A DNA stretch of 64,000 nt from Burkholderiales bacterium (GCA_965279075.1 CBDIHI010000009.1:2863-66862); one strand, 5' to 3'; positions 47,581 through 57,629 are shown, counted from the stretch's first letter. Notes: a model not told the origin generated them from the letters alone. Numbers and translations: made by a program.

Positions 47581-50500
47581 TTTCGCCTCTGCTTCGCAAG
47601 CGCCGACAGCTTCTCGAGGTTCGCCATCGCATCGGCATAACCCGGGTCGATGCGCAGCGCCTGGCTGAATTCCTCGAACGCCTTGTCATACTCCCCCCTG
47701 CCAGCAAGCATGGCGCCGAGATTGTTGTGGGCTTCTGCATAGTCGGGACTCAACCTCAGCGCCTCCCGGAAATGCGCAATGGCCCTGTCGGATTGCCCCA
47801 CCGCTGCTTCGGCATTTCCGAGGTTGAGGTGCGCCTTTACATATCCGGGCTTCAGCCGCAATGCCTCCCGATAGTGCGCCATGGCCTCACCCAACCGCCC
47901 TGCCGCGGCCTGGGCCTTGCCAAGGTTGAGATGCGCCTCCGCATAGTTAGGCCTGAACCGAAGCGCCGCCCTGTAATGGCCCATGGACTCTTCGGTTCTA
48001 CCCTTTGCCGCAACCACAAGGCCCAGGTTGTAGTGAGCTTCGGCGTAATCGGGTCTGATCCTGAGCGCTTCGCGATAGCTCTGGATGGCCCTGTCCAACT
48101 GGCCGGCTTCGGACAGCGCGTTCCCGAGACCCATATGCACCCGCGCGTTCCCGGGCACCTTGAGGATCGTGTCCTGCCAGAGTCCGACCGCGCTTGCGTA
48201 GTCCTTGTTCCTCTGGAAGGTCAGCCCCCCCAGGACCACTGCCAGCAGCACTGCGGCAGTCAGGCCCAGCGTCAGCGAGGGGGCCTCTATCCACCCACGG
48301 CTCACGGCAGCCCTGCCACCCGCATACACCACCAGCACCAGCAGCGCGATCACCCCCGCCAACGGCAGGTACATCCGGTGTTCGAAGATCGGCCCGGAGA
48401 AGGCATCGAACAAGGGCACGATGCTCGAGGTAGGCGACAGGATCATGAAGAACCACGCCCCCAGGAACGCCCACGGCTTGCGCTTCAGCACGCCCCACAG
48501 CGTCGCCCCCGCAAGGAACGCAATCGCCAGCGCCGCCGGCAGGACCTCCCCCACACCCCCGGGCGCCGGGCGACCGTAGTCCAGCACCAGGGGATGCGGC
48601 CACAGCGTCAGGCGCAGGTAGTGCAGGATCGCGCCCGGTTGCGTCGCCGCGTAGGCCAGCGGCCCCGAATCCACCGGCGCTGCGCCACCCGTGCTGCCCT
48701 TGTCGGCGTACAGCCGCACAAGGTCCCCCGTCGAGGTGATCAGGTACCCAAGCAGCACCCAGGTCAGCGCCATCCCCGCGTACATCCACCACCGCTTCGA
48801 CAGCGCCTCCCGGAACGACCCCGCAAGGAAGTAACGGTCGTACAGCAGCACCACCGCCGGCGCTGTCACCATCACTTCCTTTGCGCTCATCCCCAGCAGG
48901 CACGCGGCAATCGCACCGGCGTACCACCCCGCAGGCCGCGCCGACCCCGCGCCCCGGATCACGCAGTACAGCACCGCGAGGTAGAACAGCCCCACCAGCG
49001 ACTCGGCCCGCTGCGCGATGTAGGTCACCGACTCCGTCTGCAGCGGGTGCACCGCCCACAGAAGCGCGATCGCGAACGACAGCGCCACCGCCGCCCCACC
49101 GAACCGCTCACGCAGCGCCGGTAGCGACAACGAGCGCCTCACCACCCCGAACAGGAGCAGCGCGTTGGCCAGGTGGATCGCAAGATTCACCGCGTGGTAG
49201 CCCCACACGTTCAACCCGCCCAGCGCGTAATTCACCGCAAACGACAGGTTCAGCAGCGGCCGGCCCGTACTCGTCATCCCCGGCGGCGGCGACAGCACCG
49301 CACCCAGCGGCCACAGCCGGACTATGCTCCCGTTGTTCTGTATCACCCCGACATCGTCGAAGACAAACACGCAACGGAAACTGTTCGCGTACACAGCAAG
49401 TATCGCCACAGCCAAAACCAGAACCGGCCATGAGTCCCGCCACATCCACGGCATCCCGACCCCGAGGCTTGACTGCATTCCTCCCGTTGGCTGGCTGTGT
49501 GCCACGGTCTTGGCGCTATGCTTTTTTCGTGGGGGCATGCGAGACGGATGATTGTGAGTTCAGGGCGACTTGCGAGAATTATCGGGCCGGCTTGCCGCCG
49601 AGTTCCGCAAGCCGTTCAAGGTTCTTCCTCGCCTCAATAGAATTCGGGTCAATCCTGAGGGCTTCCTTGAATTGGGCGGCAGCCTTCGCGATTTCGCCCC
49701 TGCCGAAATAGATGACGCCCAGATTGCTGTGCGGCTCCGCGAAATCGGGCCTCAAATTCAGCGCTTGCCGATAGTGCCCGACAGCCTCGTCAGTCGCTCC
49801 GGCCATGGCAAGCAAGTTTCCCAGATTGTTATGTGCCTCGGCAAAGTGGGGTTTCAACTTCAGCGCCTCGCGGTAGTGCGTCATCGCTTCGTCGTGCCGA
49901 CCGGCCGCAGCGAGCGCCACGCCCAGGTTGTTATGTGCATCAGCAAATCCCGGCCTCAGCCTGAGCGCCTCCTGGTAATGGCGAACAGCCTCGCCAGTGC
50001 GACCCAGCGCGACCAAGGCTACCCCTATATTGCTGTAGGGCTCCGCGGAATCGGGCTTCAGCTTCAGCGCTTCGCGATAGTGTGCAATTGCCTCTGGCAT
50101 CAGCCGCATCGCGGTCAACGCCTTCCCGAGGTTGTTGTGAGCTTCGGCGTAATCGGGTCTGATCCTGAGCGCTTCGCGATAGCTCTCGATGGCCCTGTCC
50201 AGCTGGCCGGCTTCGGACAGCGCGTTCCCGAGGCCCATATGCACCCGCGCGTTCCCGGGCACCTTGAGGATCGTGTCCTGCCAGAGTCCGACCGCGCTTG
50301 CGTAATCCTTGTTCCTCTGGAAGGTCAGCCCCCCCAGGACCACTGCCAGCAGCACTGCGGCAGTCAGGCCCAGCGTCAGCGAGGGGGCCTCTATCCACCC
50401 ACGGCTCACGGCAGCCCTGCCACCCGCATACACCACCAGCACCAGCAGCGCGATCACCCCCGCCAACGGCAGGTACATCCGGTGTTCGAAGATCGGCCCG

Positions 50501-51400
50501 GAGAAGGCATCGAACAAGGGCACGATGCTCGAGGTAGGCGACAGGATCATGAAGAACCACGCCCCCAGGAACGCCCACGGCTTGCGCTTCAGCACGCCCC
50601 ACAGCGTCGCCCCCGCAAGGAACGCAATCGCCAGCGCCGCCGGCAGGACCTCCCCCACACCCCCGGGCGCCGGGCGACCGTAGTCCAGCACCAGGGGATG
50701 CGGCCACAGCGTCAGGCGCAGGTAGTGCAGGATCGCGCCCGGTTGCGTCGCCGCGTAGGCCAGCGGCCCCGAATCCACCGGCGCTGCGCCACCCGTGCTG
50801 CCCTTGTCGGCGTACAGCCGCACAAGGTCCCCCGTCGAGGTGATCAGGTACCCAAGCAGCACCCAGGTCAGCGCCATCCCCGCGTACATCCACCACCGCT
50901 TCGACAGCGCCTCCCGGAACGACCCCGCAAGGAAGTAACGGTCGTACAGCAGCACCACCGCCGGCGCTGTCACCATCACTTCCTTTGCGCTCATCCCCAG
51001 CAGGCACGCGGCAATCGCACCGGCGTACCACCCCGCAGGCCGCGCCGACCCCGCGCCCCGGATCACGCAGTACAGCACCGCGAGGTAGAACAGCCCCACC
51101 AGCGACTCGGCCCGCTGCGCGATGTAGGTCACCGACTCCGTCTGCAGCGGGTGCACCGCCCACAGAAGCGCGATCGCGAACGACAGCGCCACCGCCGCCC
51201 CACCGAACCGCTCACGCAGCGCCGGTAGCGACAACGAGCGCCTCACCACCCCGAACAGGAGCAGCGCGTTGGCCAGGTGGATCGCAAGATTCACCGCGTG
51301 GTAGCCCCACACGTTCAACCCGCCCAGCGCGTAGTTCACCGCAAACGACAGGTTCAGCAACGGCCGGCCCGTGCTCGTGATCCCCGGCGGCGGCGACAGC
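46170..51400 (-). repeat. Three near-identical ~1.1-kb direct repeats (cores of TMTC copies E, F, G)
   Basis: Identical shadow ORFs at 46226, 48205 and 50309 (offsets 1979 and 2104 bp); identical protein cores. Confidence 0.9.
47577..49538 (-). CDS. TMTC-like glycosyltransferase + 5 TPR, copy F
   Basis: VFVFDD, HPLQTESVTYI, FEHRMYLP, RNKDY, TPRs. Confidence 0.85.
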   Translation of the reverse strand: MPPRKKHSAKTVAHSQPTGGMQSSLGVGMPWMWRDSWPVLVLAVAILAVYANSFRCVFVFDDVGVIQNNGSIVRLWPLGAVLSPPPGMTSTGRPLLNLSFAVNYALGGLNVWGYHAVNLAIHLANALLLFGVVRRSLSLPALRERFGGAAVALSFAIALLWAVHPLQTESVTYIAQRAESLVGLFYLAVLYCVIRGAGSARPAGWYAGAIAACLLGMSAKEVMVTAPAVVLLYDRYFLAGSFREALSKRWWMYAGMALTWVLLGYLITSTGDLVRLYADKGSTGGAAPVDSGPLAYAATQPGAILHYLRLTLWPHPLVLDYGRPAPGGVGEVLPAALAIAFLAGATLWGVLKRKPWAFLGAWFFMILSPTSSIVPLFDAFSGPIFEHRMYLPLAGVIALLVLVVYAGGRAAVSRGWIEAPSLTLGLTAAVLLAVVLGGLTFQRNKDYASAVGLWQDTILKVPGNARVHMGLGNALSEAGQLDRAIQSYREALRIRPDYAEAHYNLGLVVAAKGRTEESMGHYRAALRFRPNYAEAHLNLGKAQAAAGRLGEAMAHYREALRLKPGYVKAHLNLGNAEAAVGQSDRAIAHFREALRLSPDYAEAHNNLGAMLAGRGEYDKAFEEFSQALRIDPGYADAMANLEKLSALAKQRRN

Positions 51401-51651
51401 ACCGGCCAGAGCGGCCAGAGCCGGACTATGCTCCCGTTGTTCTGTATCACCCCGACATCGTCGAAGACAAACACACCACGGAAGCTATTCGCGTACACAG
51501 CAAGTATCGCTGCAGCGAGTATCACCAACGACAGGGCGACACTGTGGTTTCGGAGGTTGTCACCGGCCATCGCCCCGGGCAGGCCGTGGATCCCCTCCTG
51601 CCCGGCCCGGCGCCCCTTGCGTCGCGGTGTAGTGCGGCTCGGACGCTTCAA
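49579..51651 (-). CDS. TMTC-like glycosyltransferase + 6 TPR, copy G
   Basis: C-terminal part of ORF 49579..52887. Probable start is TTG 51651 just after the ccmI stop (alternative ATG 51570). Confidence 0.82.
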   Translation of the reverse strand: MKRPSRTTPRRKGRRAGQEGIHGLPGAMAGDNLRNHSVALSLVILAAAILAVYANSFRGVFVFDDVGVIQNNGSIVRLWPLWPVLSPPPGITSTGRPLLNLSFAVNYALGGLNVWGYHAVNLAIHLANALLLFGVVRRSLSLPALRERFGGAAVALSFAIALLWAVHPLQTESVTYIAQRAESLVGLFYLAVLYCVIRGAGSARPAGWYAGAIAACLLGMSAKEVMVTAPAVVLLYDRYFLAGSFREALSKRWWMYAGMALTWVLLGYLITSTGDLVRLYADKGSTGGAAPVDSGPLAYAATQPGAILHYLRLTLWPHPLVLDYGRPAPGGVGEVLPAALAIAFLAGATLWGVLKRKPWAFLGAWFFMILSPTSSIVPLFDAFSGPIFEHRMYLPLAGVIALLVLVVYAGGRAAVSRGWIEAPSLTLGLTAAVLLAVVLGGLTFQRNKDYASAVGLWQDTILKVPGNARVHMGLGNALSEAGQLDRAIESYREALRIRPDYAEAHNNLGKALTAMRLMPEAIAHYREALKLKPDSAEPYSNIGVALVALGRTGEAVRHYQEALRLRPGFADAHNNLGVALAAAGRHDEAMTHYREALKLKPHFAEAHNNLGNLLAMAGATDEAVGHYRQALNLRPDFAEPHSNLGVIYFGRGEIAKAAAQFKEALRIDPNSIEARKNLERLAELGGKPAR

Positions 51652-51665
51652 GACCAGCCCCTGCG

Positions 51666-52937
51666 CTAAGGCACGACGCTGTCGATGGCGATCGCCACGC
51701 CCTTGGCGCCGACCTTCACCGGCGAGCTCGTGCCCTGCAAGTCGCCGCTCTGCGAAATCGCGTTGCCGGATTTCGAAATGCGCGCGCTGACCGTGACTTC
51801 TGCAAAGGCGGACAGCTTCAGCTCGGGACTCATCGCAAGCGCATCGTCCAGCACGAACTCGAGCGGCAGGTCCGACACGCGCTTCCTCAGCACCGCCAGC
51901 GGGATGCGCGGCCCGTTCACCGCGCGCGCGACGATGAACAGCGTGTCCTGCGCGCCCGCTTTCGCTGCGAGCCCGGGACTCAGCGTGACGCGCCCGCTCA
52001 CGCTCGCCCCGGCGACCGCCCTGCCCTCCGCAGCCTTTGGCGTCACAGCCTTGGTTTCCGCCCTGGCCACCGGCTTCACCGCCGCGCCAGACGGGGCCTT
52101 GATCCCGCCCAGTTCGCGTGCTTCGGCGATCCCGCCGGCAATCGACTTCCCCATCTCCGAGTCGGCAGGCAGCAGCGGCAGCAGCTTCTCCCAGTAGGCG
52201 AGCGCGCCCGGATAGTCCTTGCGGAAGAACGCCGCCGAGCCCGCCATCGCCAGCGCCTTGGGATGCACCGGGTCGATCTTCAACGCCGCCGTAACGAGCT
52301 CGAGGGCCTTGCCCTCGAGCTTGCGGCCCTGGCTCATTGCCAATGCGTCGGCATAGTCCGCAAGGAAATCCGCGTCGTCGGTGATGGTCTTTGCCGCCTT
52401 CTCGAAAGCCGCCACGGCCTCGGGCATGCGCTGCAGGACATAGTAGGACCGCGCTAGCATCATCCAGCCGCGGGGGTCGTCCGGGTTCTTCGCAAGCCGC
52501 TCGGCAAGGCGCGCGACCATCTCGTCGACCTCGGCGGAGGTCACCTGCTGCTCGGCCGGCAGCGCCTCGGGGCGCAGGCCGTCGGGTTGCCCGATCCACA
52601 GGTACATCGACAGCGCGACCGCCGGGATCAGGATCGCGAGCAAGGCGGCCACCGTGCGGCCGCCAGGTGATTCGGCAAACGTTCCGGCCTGCCCGACCTC
52701 TCCTTCCTCCAGCACCCTGCGTTCGAGCTCCGCCCTGGCGCTGGCGTATTTTTCCGCGGATAGCGTCCCCGCGCCGAGGTCGGCCTCGAGCTCGGCAAGC
52801 TGGGCCCGCAGGATCGCGAGGTTCGACGCGCCGTTGCCCGCACCTGCGGGCGACGCGCGGCGGCGCATCAGGGGTACGACGACCCACAGTACGGCCGCCA
52901 GCGTCATCAATACCGCAAGGAACACGAAGCCCTTCAT
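51666..52937 (-). CDS. ccmI: Cytochrome c biogenesis protein CcmI/CycH (TPR)
   Basis: NLAILRAQLAELEAD...ELERRVL, NPDDPRGWMMLARSY, C-terminal LFIVARA...PLAV...LDDALAM...ARISKSG. Confidence 0.9.
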   Translation of the reverse strand: MKGFVFLAVLMTLAAVLWVVVPLMRRRASPAGAGNGASNLAILRAQLAELEADLGAGTLSAEKYASARAELERRVLEEGEVGQAGTFAESPGGRTVAALLAILIPAVALSMYLWIGQPDGLRPEALPAEQQVTSAEVDEMVARLAERLAKNPDDPRGWMMLARSYYVLQRMPEAVAAFEKAAKTITDDADFLADYADALAMSQGRKLEGKALELVTAALKIDPVHPKALAMAGSAAFFRKDYPGALAYWEKLLPLLPADSEMGKSIAGGIAEARELGGIKAPSGAAVKPVARAETKAVTPKAAEGRAVAGASVSGRVTLSPGLAAKAGAQDTLFIVARAVNGPRIPLAVLRKRVSDLPLEFVLDDALAMSPELKLSAFAEVTVSARISKSGNAISQSGDLQGTSSPVKVGAKGVAIAIDSVVP

Positions 52938-53419
52938 GCCGCGCCTTTGCCCGTGCCGTCGCCGAGCAGTGCCGCAGCGCGCGCGCGCTCCTCGTCCGTC
53001 AGTACCTCGACGGGGCCGGCGCGCTTCGCGCGGCCGCGCAGGTTGCGCCACAGTGCAAAACCCCCTGCCAGCAGCAGCAGGCCCGGACCGAACCACAACA
53101 GCAGCGTAGTGGCCTTCATCGGCGGCTTGTAGAGCACGAAGTCACCGTAGCGCTGCACCATGAACGAGATGATCTCTGCGTCGCTGCGGCCCTGCGCGAT
53201 CTGCTCCCGCACCTGGCGGCGCAGGTCCTGCGCGAGCTCGGCATTGGAATCGGCGATGGTCTGGTTCTGGCAGACGAGGCAGCGCAGGTTCTCCTCGAGT
53301 TCGATGGCGCGCTTCTGCATGACTCGGTCGGCGTTGGTGGGCACCGCGTCGGCCGCCACGGCGAGCACGGGGGCGAACGCCAGCAACAGCGCGCAGAGGC
53401 CTTTGGCGAGCGAGCTCAT
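52934..53419 (-). CDS. ccmH: Cytochrome c biogenesis protein CcmH
   Basis: LRCLVCQNQTIADSNAELA and RYGDFVLYKPP. Confidence 0.94.
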   Translation of the reverse strand: MSSLAKGLCALLLAFAPVLAVAADAVPTNADRVMQKRAIELEENLRCLVCQNQTIADSNAELAQDLRRQVREQIAQGRSDAEIISFMVQRYGDFVLYKPPMKATTLLLWFGPGLLLLAGGFALWRNLRGRAKRAGPVEVLTDEERARAAALLGDGTGKGAA

Positions 53420-53943
53420 GATTTCTGCAGCTGGCGCACGAGCGGCAGGATCTTGCCTTCGAGGGCTTCGCGCGTCACCGGGCCGATCTGCTTGTAGCGG
53501 ATCACGCCGGCGCGGTCGATCACGAAGGTCTCCGGCACGCCGTAGACGCCGTAGTCGATGCCGACGCGCCCGTCCTGGTCCATGACACTCAGCATGTAAG
53601 GGTCGCCGAACTGCTTGAGCCAGGCCTTGGCCTCCTGCGGCTTGTCCTTGTAGTTGAGCCCGACCACCGGCACCACGCGGCTCTTCGCGAGGTCGACCAG
53701 CAGCGGATGCTCCTCCCGGCACGACACGCACCACGAGGCCCAGACGTTAAGCAACCAGACCTGGCCGAGCATGTCCTTCTGCGAGAACTGCATCTCCGGC
53801 TGGGCGAGCTGGGCGAGGCTGAACGGCGGCACGGGTTTGTCCACCAGGGGTGAAGGCACCTCGCGCGGATTCAGCTTCAGACCGACACCGAGGAACACGG
53901 CGAGCACGAGGAAGATCCCGAGGGGGAGGACGAAGCGGTTCAT
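53416..53943 (-). CDS. ccmG: Thiol:disulfide interchange protein CcmG/DsbE
   Basis: LNVWASWCVSCREEHP, GLNYKD, GVYGVPETF. Confidence 0.94.
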   Translation of the reverse strand: MNRFVLPLGIFLVLAVFLGVGLKLNPREVPSPLVDKPVPPFSLAQLAQPEMQFSQKDMLGQVWLLNVWASWCVSCREEHPLLVDLAKSRVVPVVGLNYKDKPQEAKAWLKQFGDPYMLSVMDQDGRVGIDYGVYGVPETFVIDRAGVIRYKQIGPVTREALEGKILPLVRQLQKS

Positions 53944-55976
53944 GCGCCCTGCACTCCCCTGCTTCCCTTCGCGGGCCCCTCGACGCGCACCGTGGCGGGC
54001 ACCGTGGCGGCGGAGCCGGGCTCCTCCCTCCGCGCCGCCGGGCGATAGCGGCGGTCGGACAGCGCGAGCAGCCCGCCCAGCGCCATGAGCGCGCAACCAC
54101 CCCAGATCCACGTGACGAATGGCTTGTAATAGATCCTCACGCTCCAGGCCCCGTTCTCGACCGGCTCGCCCAGGGAGACGTAGAGGTCACCGAGGAATCC
54201 GGTCTCGATGTCGGCCTCGGTCATCGGCATGTTGCTGACGTTGTAGGCGCGCTTCTCCGGACGCAGCACGGTGACTTCCTTGCCATCCCGGGAAACACGC
54301 ACGGTGCCGCGCGAGGCGCGGTAGTTGGGGCCCTTGGCGGCCTGCGCGCCGTCGAAGCGGAACGTATAACCGCCTACGGTCACCGTGTCGCCCACCGCCA
54401 TGCGCACGTCCCGCTCCACCTCGTAACCCTTCACCAGGGTGACCCCGACGATGAACACCGCCACGCCGAAGTGCGCGAGGAGCATCCCGTAGTATCCGCC
54501 CGGCTGCGAGGCGAACTTCGCGCCCAATCCCCCGGGAAGCCGTGCGAAGCGCTCCCGCAGGTTTACCAGGCCCGCCACGAAGATCCAGAAAGCCAGTGCA
54601 AGGCCGAAGCTGACCAGCGCTCGCCACTGCGAGAAATCCCAGCCGGCCACGGCCAGCGGCACGAGCAGGGCGGAGACCACGCTCACCGCCAGCGCCCAGC
54701 GGAGCTTGCGCGCGAGTTCAGGCAGGCTCGCCTCCTTCCAGCGCGCGATCGGCCCGATCCCCATCAGGAACAGCGCGGGCGTCATGAGCGGGACGAACAC
54801 CGCCTCGAAATACGGCGGCCCCACCGAGATCTTGCCGAGGTTGAGCGCGTCGAGGAACAGCGGATAGAGCGTGCCGAGCAGCACGGAGCCGGCCGCCACC
54901 ACGAGGAAAACGTTGTTGGTGAGCAGCATCGACTCGCGCGACACCGGCTCGAACGTCCCGCCCAGCCCGACCTTGGGCGCGCGCCACGCAAACAGCGCCA
55001 GCGACCCGCCGATCACGATCACGAGGAAGATCAGGATGAAGATGCCACGCCGCGGGTCGGTGGCGAAGGCGTGAACCGAAGTCAGCACCCCCGAGCGCAC
55101 GAGGAAGGTGCCGAGCAGGCTCAGGCTGAAAGCGCAGATCGCGAGCAGCACGGTCCAGCTGCGGAAGCCCCCGCGCTTTTCGGTCACGGCGAGCGAATGC
55201 AGCAGTGCCGTACCGACCAGCCAGGGCATGAAGGAAGCGTTCTCGACCGGGTCCCAGAACCACCAGCCGCCCCAGCCCAGTTCGTAGTACGCCCAGCCGC
55301 TGCCCAGCGCGATGCCGCAGGTGAGGAAACACCAGGCGAGGATCGTCCAGGGCCGCGACCAGCGCGCCCAGGTGGCGTCGAGCCTGCCGCCCAGCAGGGC
55401 GGCGATCGCAAACGCAAACGCAACCGAGAACCCGACGTAGCCCATGTAGAGCATCGGCGGGTGGATCACCATGCCCGGATCCTGCAGCAGCGGGTTCAGG
55501 TCGCGCCCGTCCTCGGCCGCCGGGAGAAGGCGCGCGAAGGGGTTCGAGGTCAGCAGCAGGAACAGCAGGAAGCCCGTGGACACGAGGCCCATGACGCCGA
55601 TCACGCGCGCCACCATCTGCTCCGGCAGGTGGCGGCTGAAGAGCGTCACCGCCGCGGTCCACACCGCCAGCATCAGGACCCACAGCAGCATTGATCCTTC
55701 GTGGGAGCCCCAGGTAGCCGCGATGCGGTACTGCAGCGGCAGCTGGGAATTCGAGTTCGTGGCGACGTTCAGCACGGAGAAGTCGTTGCTTGCGAACGAC
55801 CAGGCCAGGCATACGAAGGCGATGGCGACGAACACGAACTGGCCCTGGGCCGCAGGACGCGCCACGGCCATCCAGGCCGGCACGCCACGCGCGGCCCCTG
55901 CGATCGGCAATATCCCCTGGGCGAGCGCGAGCGTCAGGGCGAGGATGAGGGAAAAGTGTCCGAGTTCGGGAATCAC
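53940..55976 (-). CDS. ccmF: Heme lyase CcmF
   Basis: MIPELGHF, WGSHEGS, HPPMLYMGY, WAYYELGWGGWWFWDPVENAS, SVHAFA. Confidence 0.97.
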   Translation of the reverse strand: MIPELGHFSLILALTLALAQGILPIAGAARGVPAWMAVARPAAQGQFVFVAIAFVCLAWSFASNDFSVLNVATNSNSQLPLQYRIAATWGSHEGSMLLWVLMLAVWTAAVTLFSRHLPEQMVARVIGVMGLVSTGFLLFLLLTSNPFARLLPAAEDGRDLNPLLQDPGMVIHPPMLYMGYVGFSVAFAFAIAALLGGRLDATWARWSRPWTILAWCFLTCGIALGSGWAYYELGWGGWWFWDPVENASFMPWLVGTALLHSLAVTEKRGGFRSWTVLLAICAFSLSLLGTFLVRSGVLTSVHAFATDPRRGIFILIFLVIVIGGSLALFAWRAPKVGLGGTFEPVSRESMLLTNNVFLVVAAGSVLLGTLYPLFLDALNLGKISVGPPYFEAVFVPLMTPALFLMGIGPIARWKEASLPELARKLRWALAVSVVSALLVPLAVAGWDFSQWRALVSFGLALAFWIFVAGLVNLRERFARLPGGLGAKFASQPGGYYGMLLAHFGVAVFIVGVTLVKGYEVERDVRMAVGDTVTVGGYTFRFDGAQAAKGPNYRASRGTVRVSRDGKEVTVLRPEKRAYNVSNMPMTEADIETGFLGDLYVSLGEPVENGAWSVRIYYKPFVTWIWGGCALMALGGLLALSDRRYRPAARREEPGSAATVPATVRVEGPAKGSRGVQGA

Positions 55977-55995
55977 GGGGCCGCCTGGGTCCGGG

Positions 55996-56445
55996 TTACT
56001 GCGTGGAAACGCTCTTCTGCGCCTTCTGAGCCTGCTCGATCGCGTGGCCCGCCTCGGGCGGCATGTAATTCTCGTCGTGCTTGGCGAGCACGTCGGTGGC
56101 CCGGAATACGCCGTCCGGCCCGAGCCGGCCCTGCGCGACCACGCCTTTGCCCTCCTTGAACAGGTCCGGGAGAATGCCGGTGAAGACGACCGGGATGACT
56201 TTCGCGGTGTCGGTCACGTTGAAATTCACCGTCAGGCCGTCGGGTTGCCGCTTCAGGCTGCCGGATTCGACCATGCCGCCGATGCGGAACGCGCGATCGA
56301 CCGGCGCCTCGTTCGAGGCCACCTGGCTCGGGCTGAAGAAGAACACGAGGTTGCTCTGGAAGGCGTTCAGCACAAGCGCCGCGGCAATGCCCAGCACCGC
56401 CAGTCCGGCGGCTATGAGGGCGATACGCTTGTGTCGAGGTTTCAA
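55996..56445 (-). CDS. ccmE: Heme chaperone CcmE
   Basis: [31 protein letters not shown] (heme-binding HxxxY); TTG start at 56445. Confidence 0.95.
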   Translation of the reverse strand: MKPRHKRIALIAAGLAVLGIAAALVLNAFQSNLVFFFSPSQVASNEAPVDRAFRIGGMVESGSLKRQPDGLTVNFNVTDTAKVIPVVFTGILPDLFKEGKGVVAQGRLGPDGVFRATDVLAKHDENYMPPEAGHAIEQAQKAQKSVSTQ

Positions 56446-56546
56446 GACGCCACCAGGAGAGAGAGCGGGGGATGCGGAACGCAGGGGCATTTTACGCCAT
56501 GCCGACCGAACGGCTCGCAAACACCTACCACGGCGCGAATGTACTA

Positions 56547-56574
56547 TTGACGTTTGCACGCCAGCCATTAACAT
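56547..56574 (+). promoter_or_regulatory. Probable sigma70 promoter for the multiheme cytochrome operon
   Basis: TTGACG-N16-TAACAT, followed by hairpin CGCCGCA-TAG-TGCGGCG (56582-56598). Confidence 0.5.
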
Positions 56575-56632
56575 TCGCAATCGCCGCATAGTGCGGCGTC
56601 CGTCCCCCCGACAACCCGATCCGAGAAGCCCC

Positions 56633-57562
56633 ATGTCAATACGCTATGCACTCCTCACGCTGGTTTTCCTAGGGTTTGCCGCGGGTACGGCCAAGGCTGC
56701 CCCGTTCGCCGAGGGCTTCCGCAAGTGCCAGGAATGCCACGAGCCGGAAGTCGAGGTCTGGAAGAAAACCAAACACTCGACCGGCTACAACGAGATCCAC
56801 AAGAAGGCCTCGGCCGCCAAGATCCTCGCGGCGGCCGGCGGCGGCGCGAGCATGCGCCAGAACGCCACCTGCGTGATGTGCCACTACACGGAAACCAAGG
56901 CTTCCGAGACCGCCAAGCCGCAGGTCGCCTCCGGCCCGTCCTGCGAAAGCTGCCACGGCGCCTCCTCGGAGTTCCGCGATATCCACAACTTCTACGGCGA
57001 CGGGGTGGCGGACGCGAGCAAGGAGTCGCCCGCCAACAAGGCCAAACGGCTGGCCGCCGCCGCGAAGGCCGGCATGATCTGGTCGTTCATGACCTACGAC
57101 ATCGCCGCGAACTGCAACGAATGCCACGGCCTCGCCAACCCGAAGCTCAAGGGCGACGTTCTCGCCAAGATGCTCGACGCGGGGCACCCCGGCGAACCAG
57201 AGTTCGAACTCGTGCGCTACTCGCAAGGCAGCGTTCGCCACCGCTACTACCCGCCGAACGTGGATAAGAACGCCGAGATGAACGCGGCCGAGCTGTCGCG
57301 CCTGTATGTCATCGGCCAGGCCGCCAAGCTGGTTTCGGCCATCACCGCAGCCGGCAAGGGCGGCGGGGAGAAGTACGCTGCGCTGCAAAAGAAGCGCGAG
57401 GCGGATGCCCGCGCCGCGCTGCAGGCCGTCGCCGACGTCCCGGAAGTCAAGGCCGTCCTGGACAAGCCCGCAGCCGACACAGCGCGCAAGCTTGCGGACG
57501 CGCTCAAGGGCAAGGACCTGTCGGCCAAGGTGAAGCTGCCCGCCAAGACGACGTACAAGTGA
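56633..57562 (+). CDS. Periplasmic tetraheme cytochrome c (c554-like family)
   Basis: Signal peptide MSIRYALL...AKA; CQECH, CVMCH, CESCH, CNECH. Confidence 0.88.
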   Translation: MSIRYALLTLVFLGFAAGTAKAAPFAEGFRKCQECHEPEVEVWKKTKHSTGYNEIHKKASAAKILAAAGGGASMRQNATCVMCHYTETKASETAKPQVASGPSCESCHGASSEFRDIHNFYGDGVADASKESPANKAKRLAAAAKAGMIWSFMTYDIAANCNECHGLANPKLKGDVLAKMLDAGHPGEPEFELVRYSQGSVRHRYYPPNVDKNAEMNAAELSRLYVIGQAAKLVSAITAAGKGGGEKYAALQKKREADARAALQAVADVPEVKAVLDKPAADTARKLADALKGKDLSAKVKLPAKTTYK

Positions 57563-57629
57563 AGCATGCACCGCCCCCGCTGAGGGATGCGAGGGCGCAT
57601 GTTTCCCGACCTGGCGCGGGGCGCGTCCC

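Noticed and set aside
37759-51651. Diversity-generating retroelement or shufflon as the source of paralog variation
   Set aside because: No reverse transcriptase or site-specific recombinase in the window, and differences are not adenine-specific as far as I can see.
49579-52887. 1102-aa ORF suggesting a CcmI-TMTC fusion or long N-terminal extension
   Set aside because: The first ~410 aa are an off-frame read of ccmI; similarity to the paralogs begins only after the ccmI stop at 51666.
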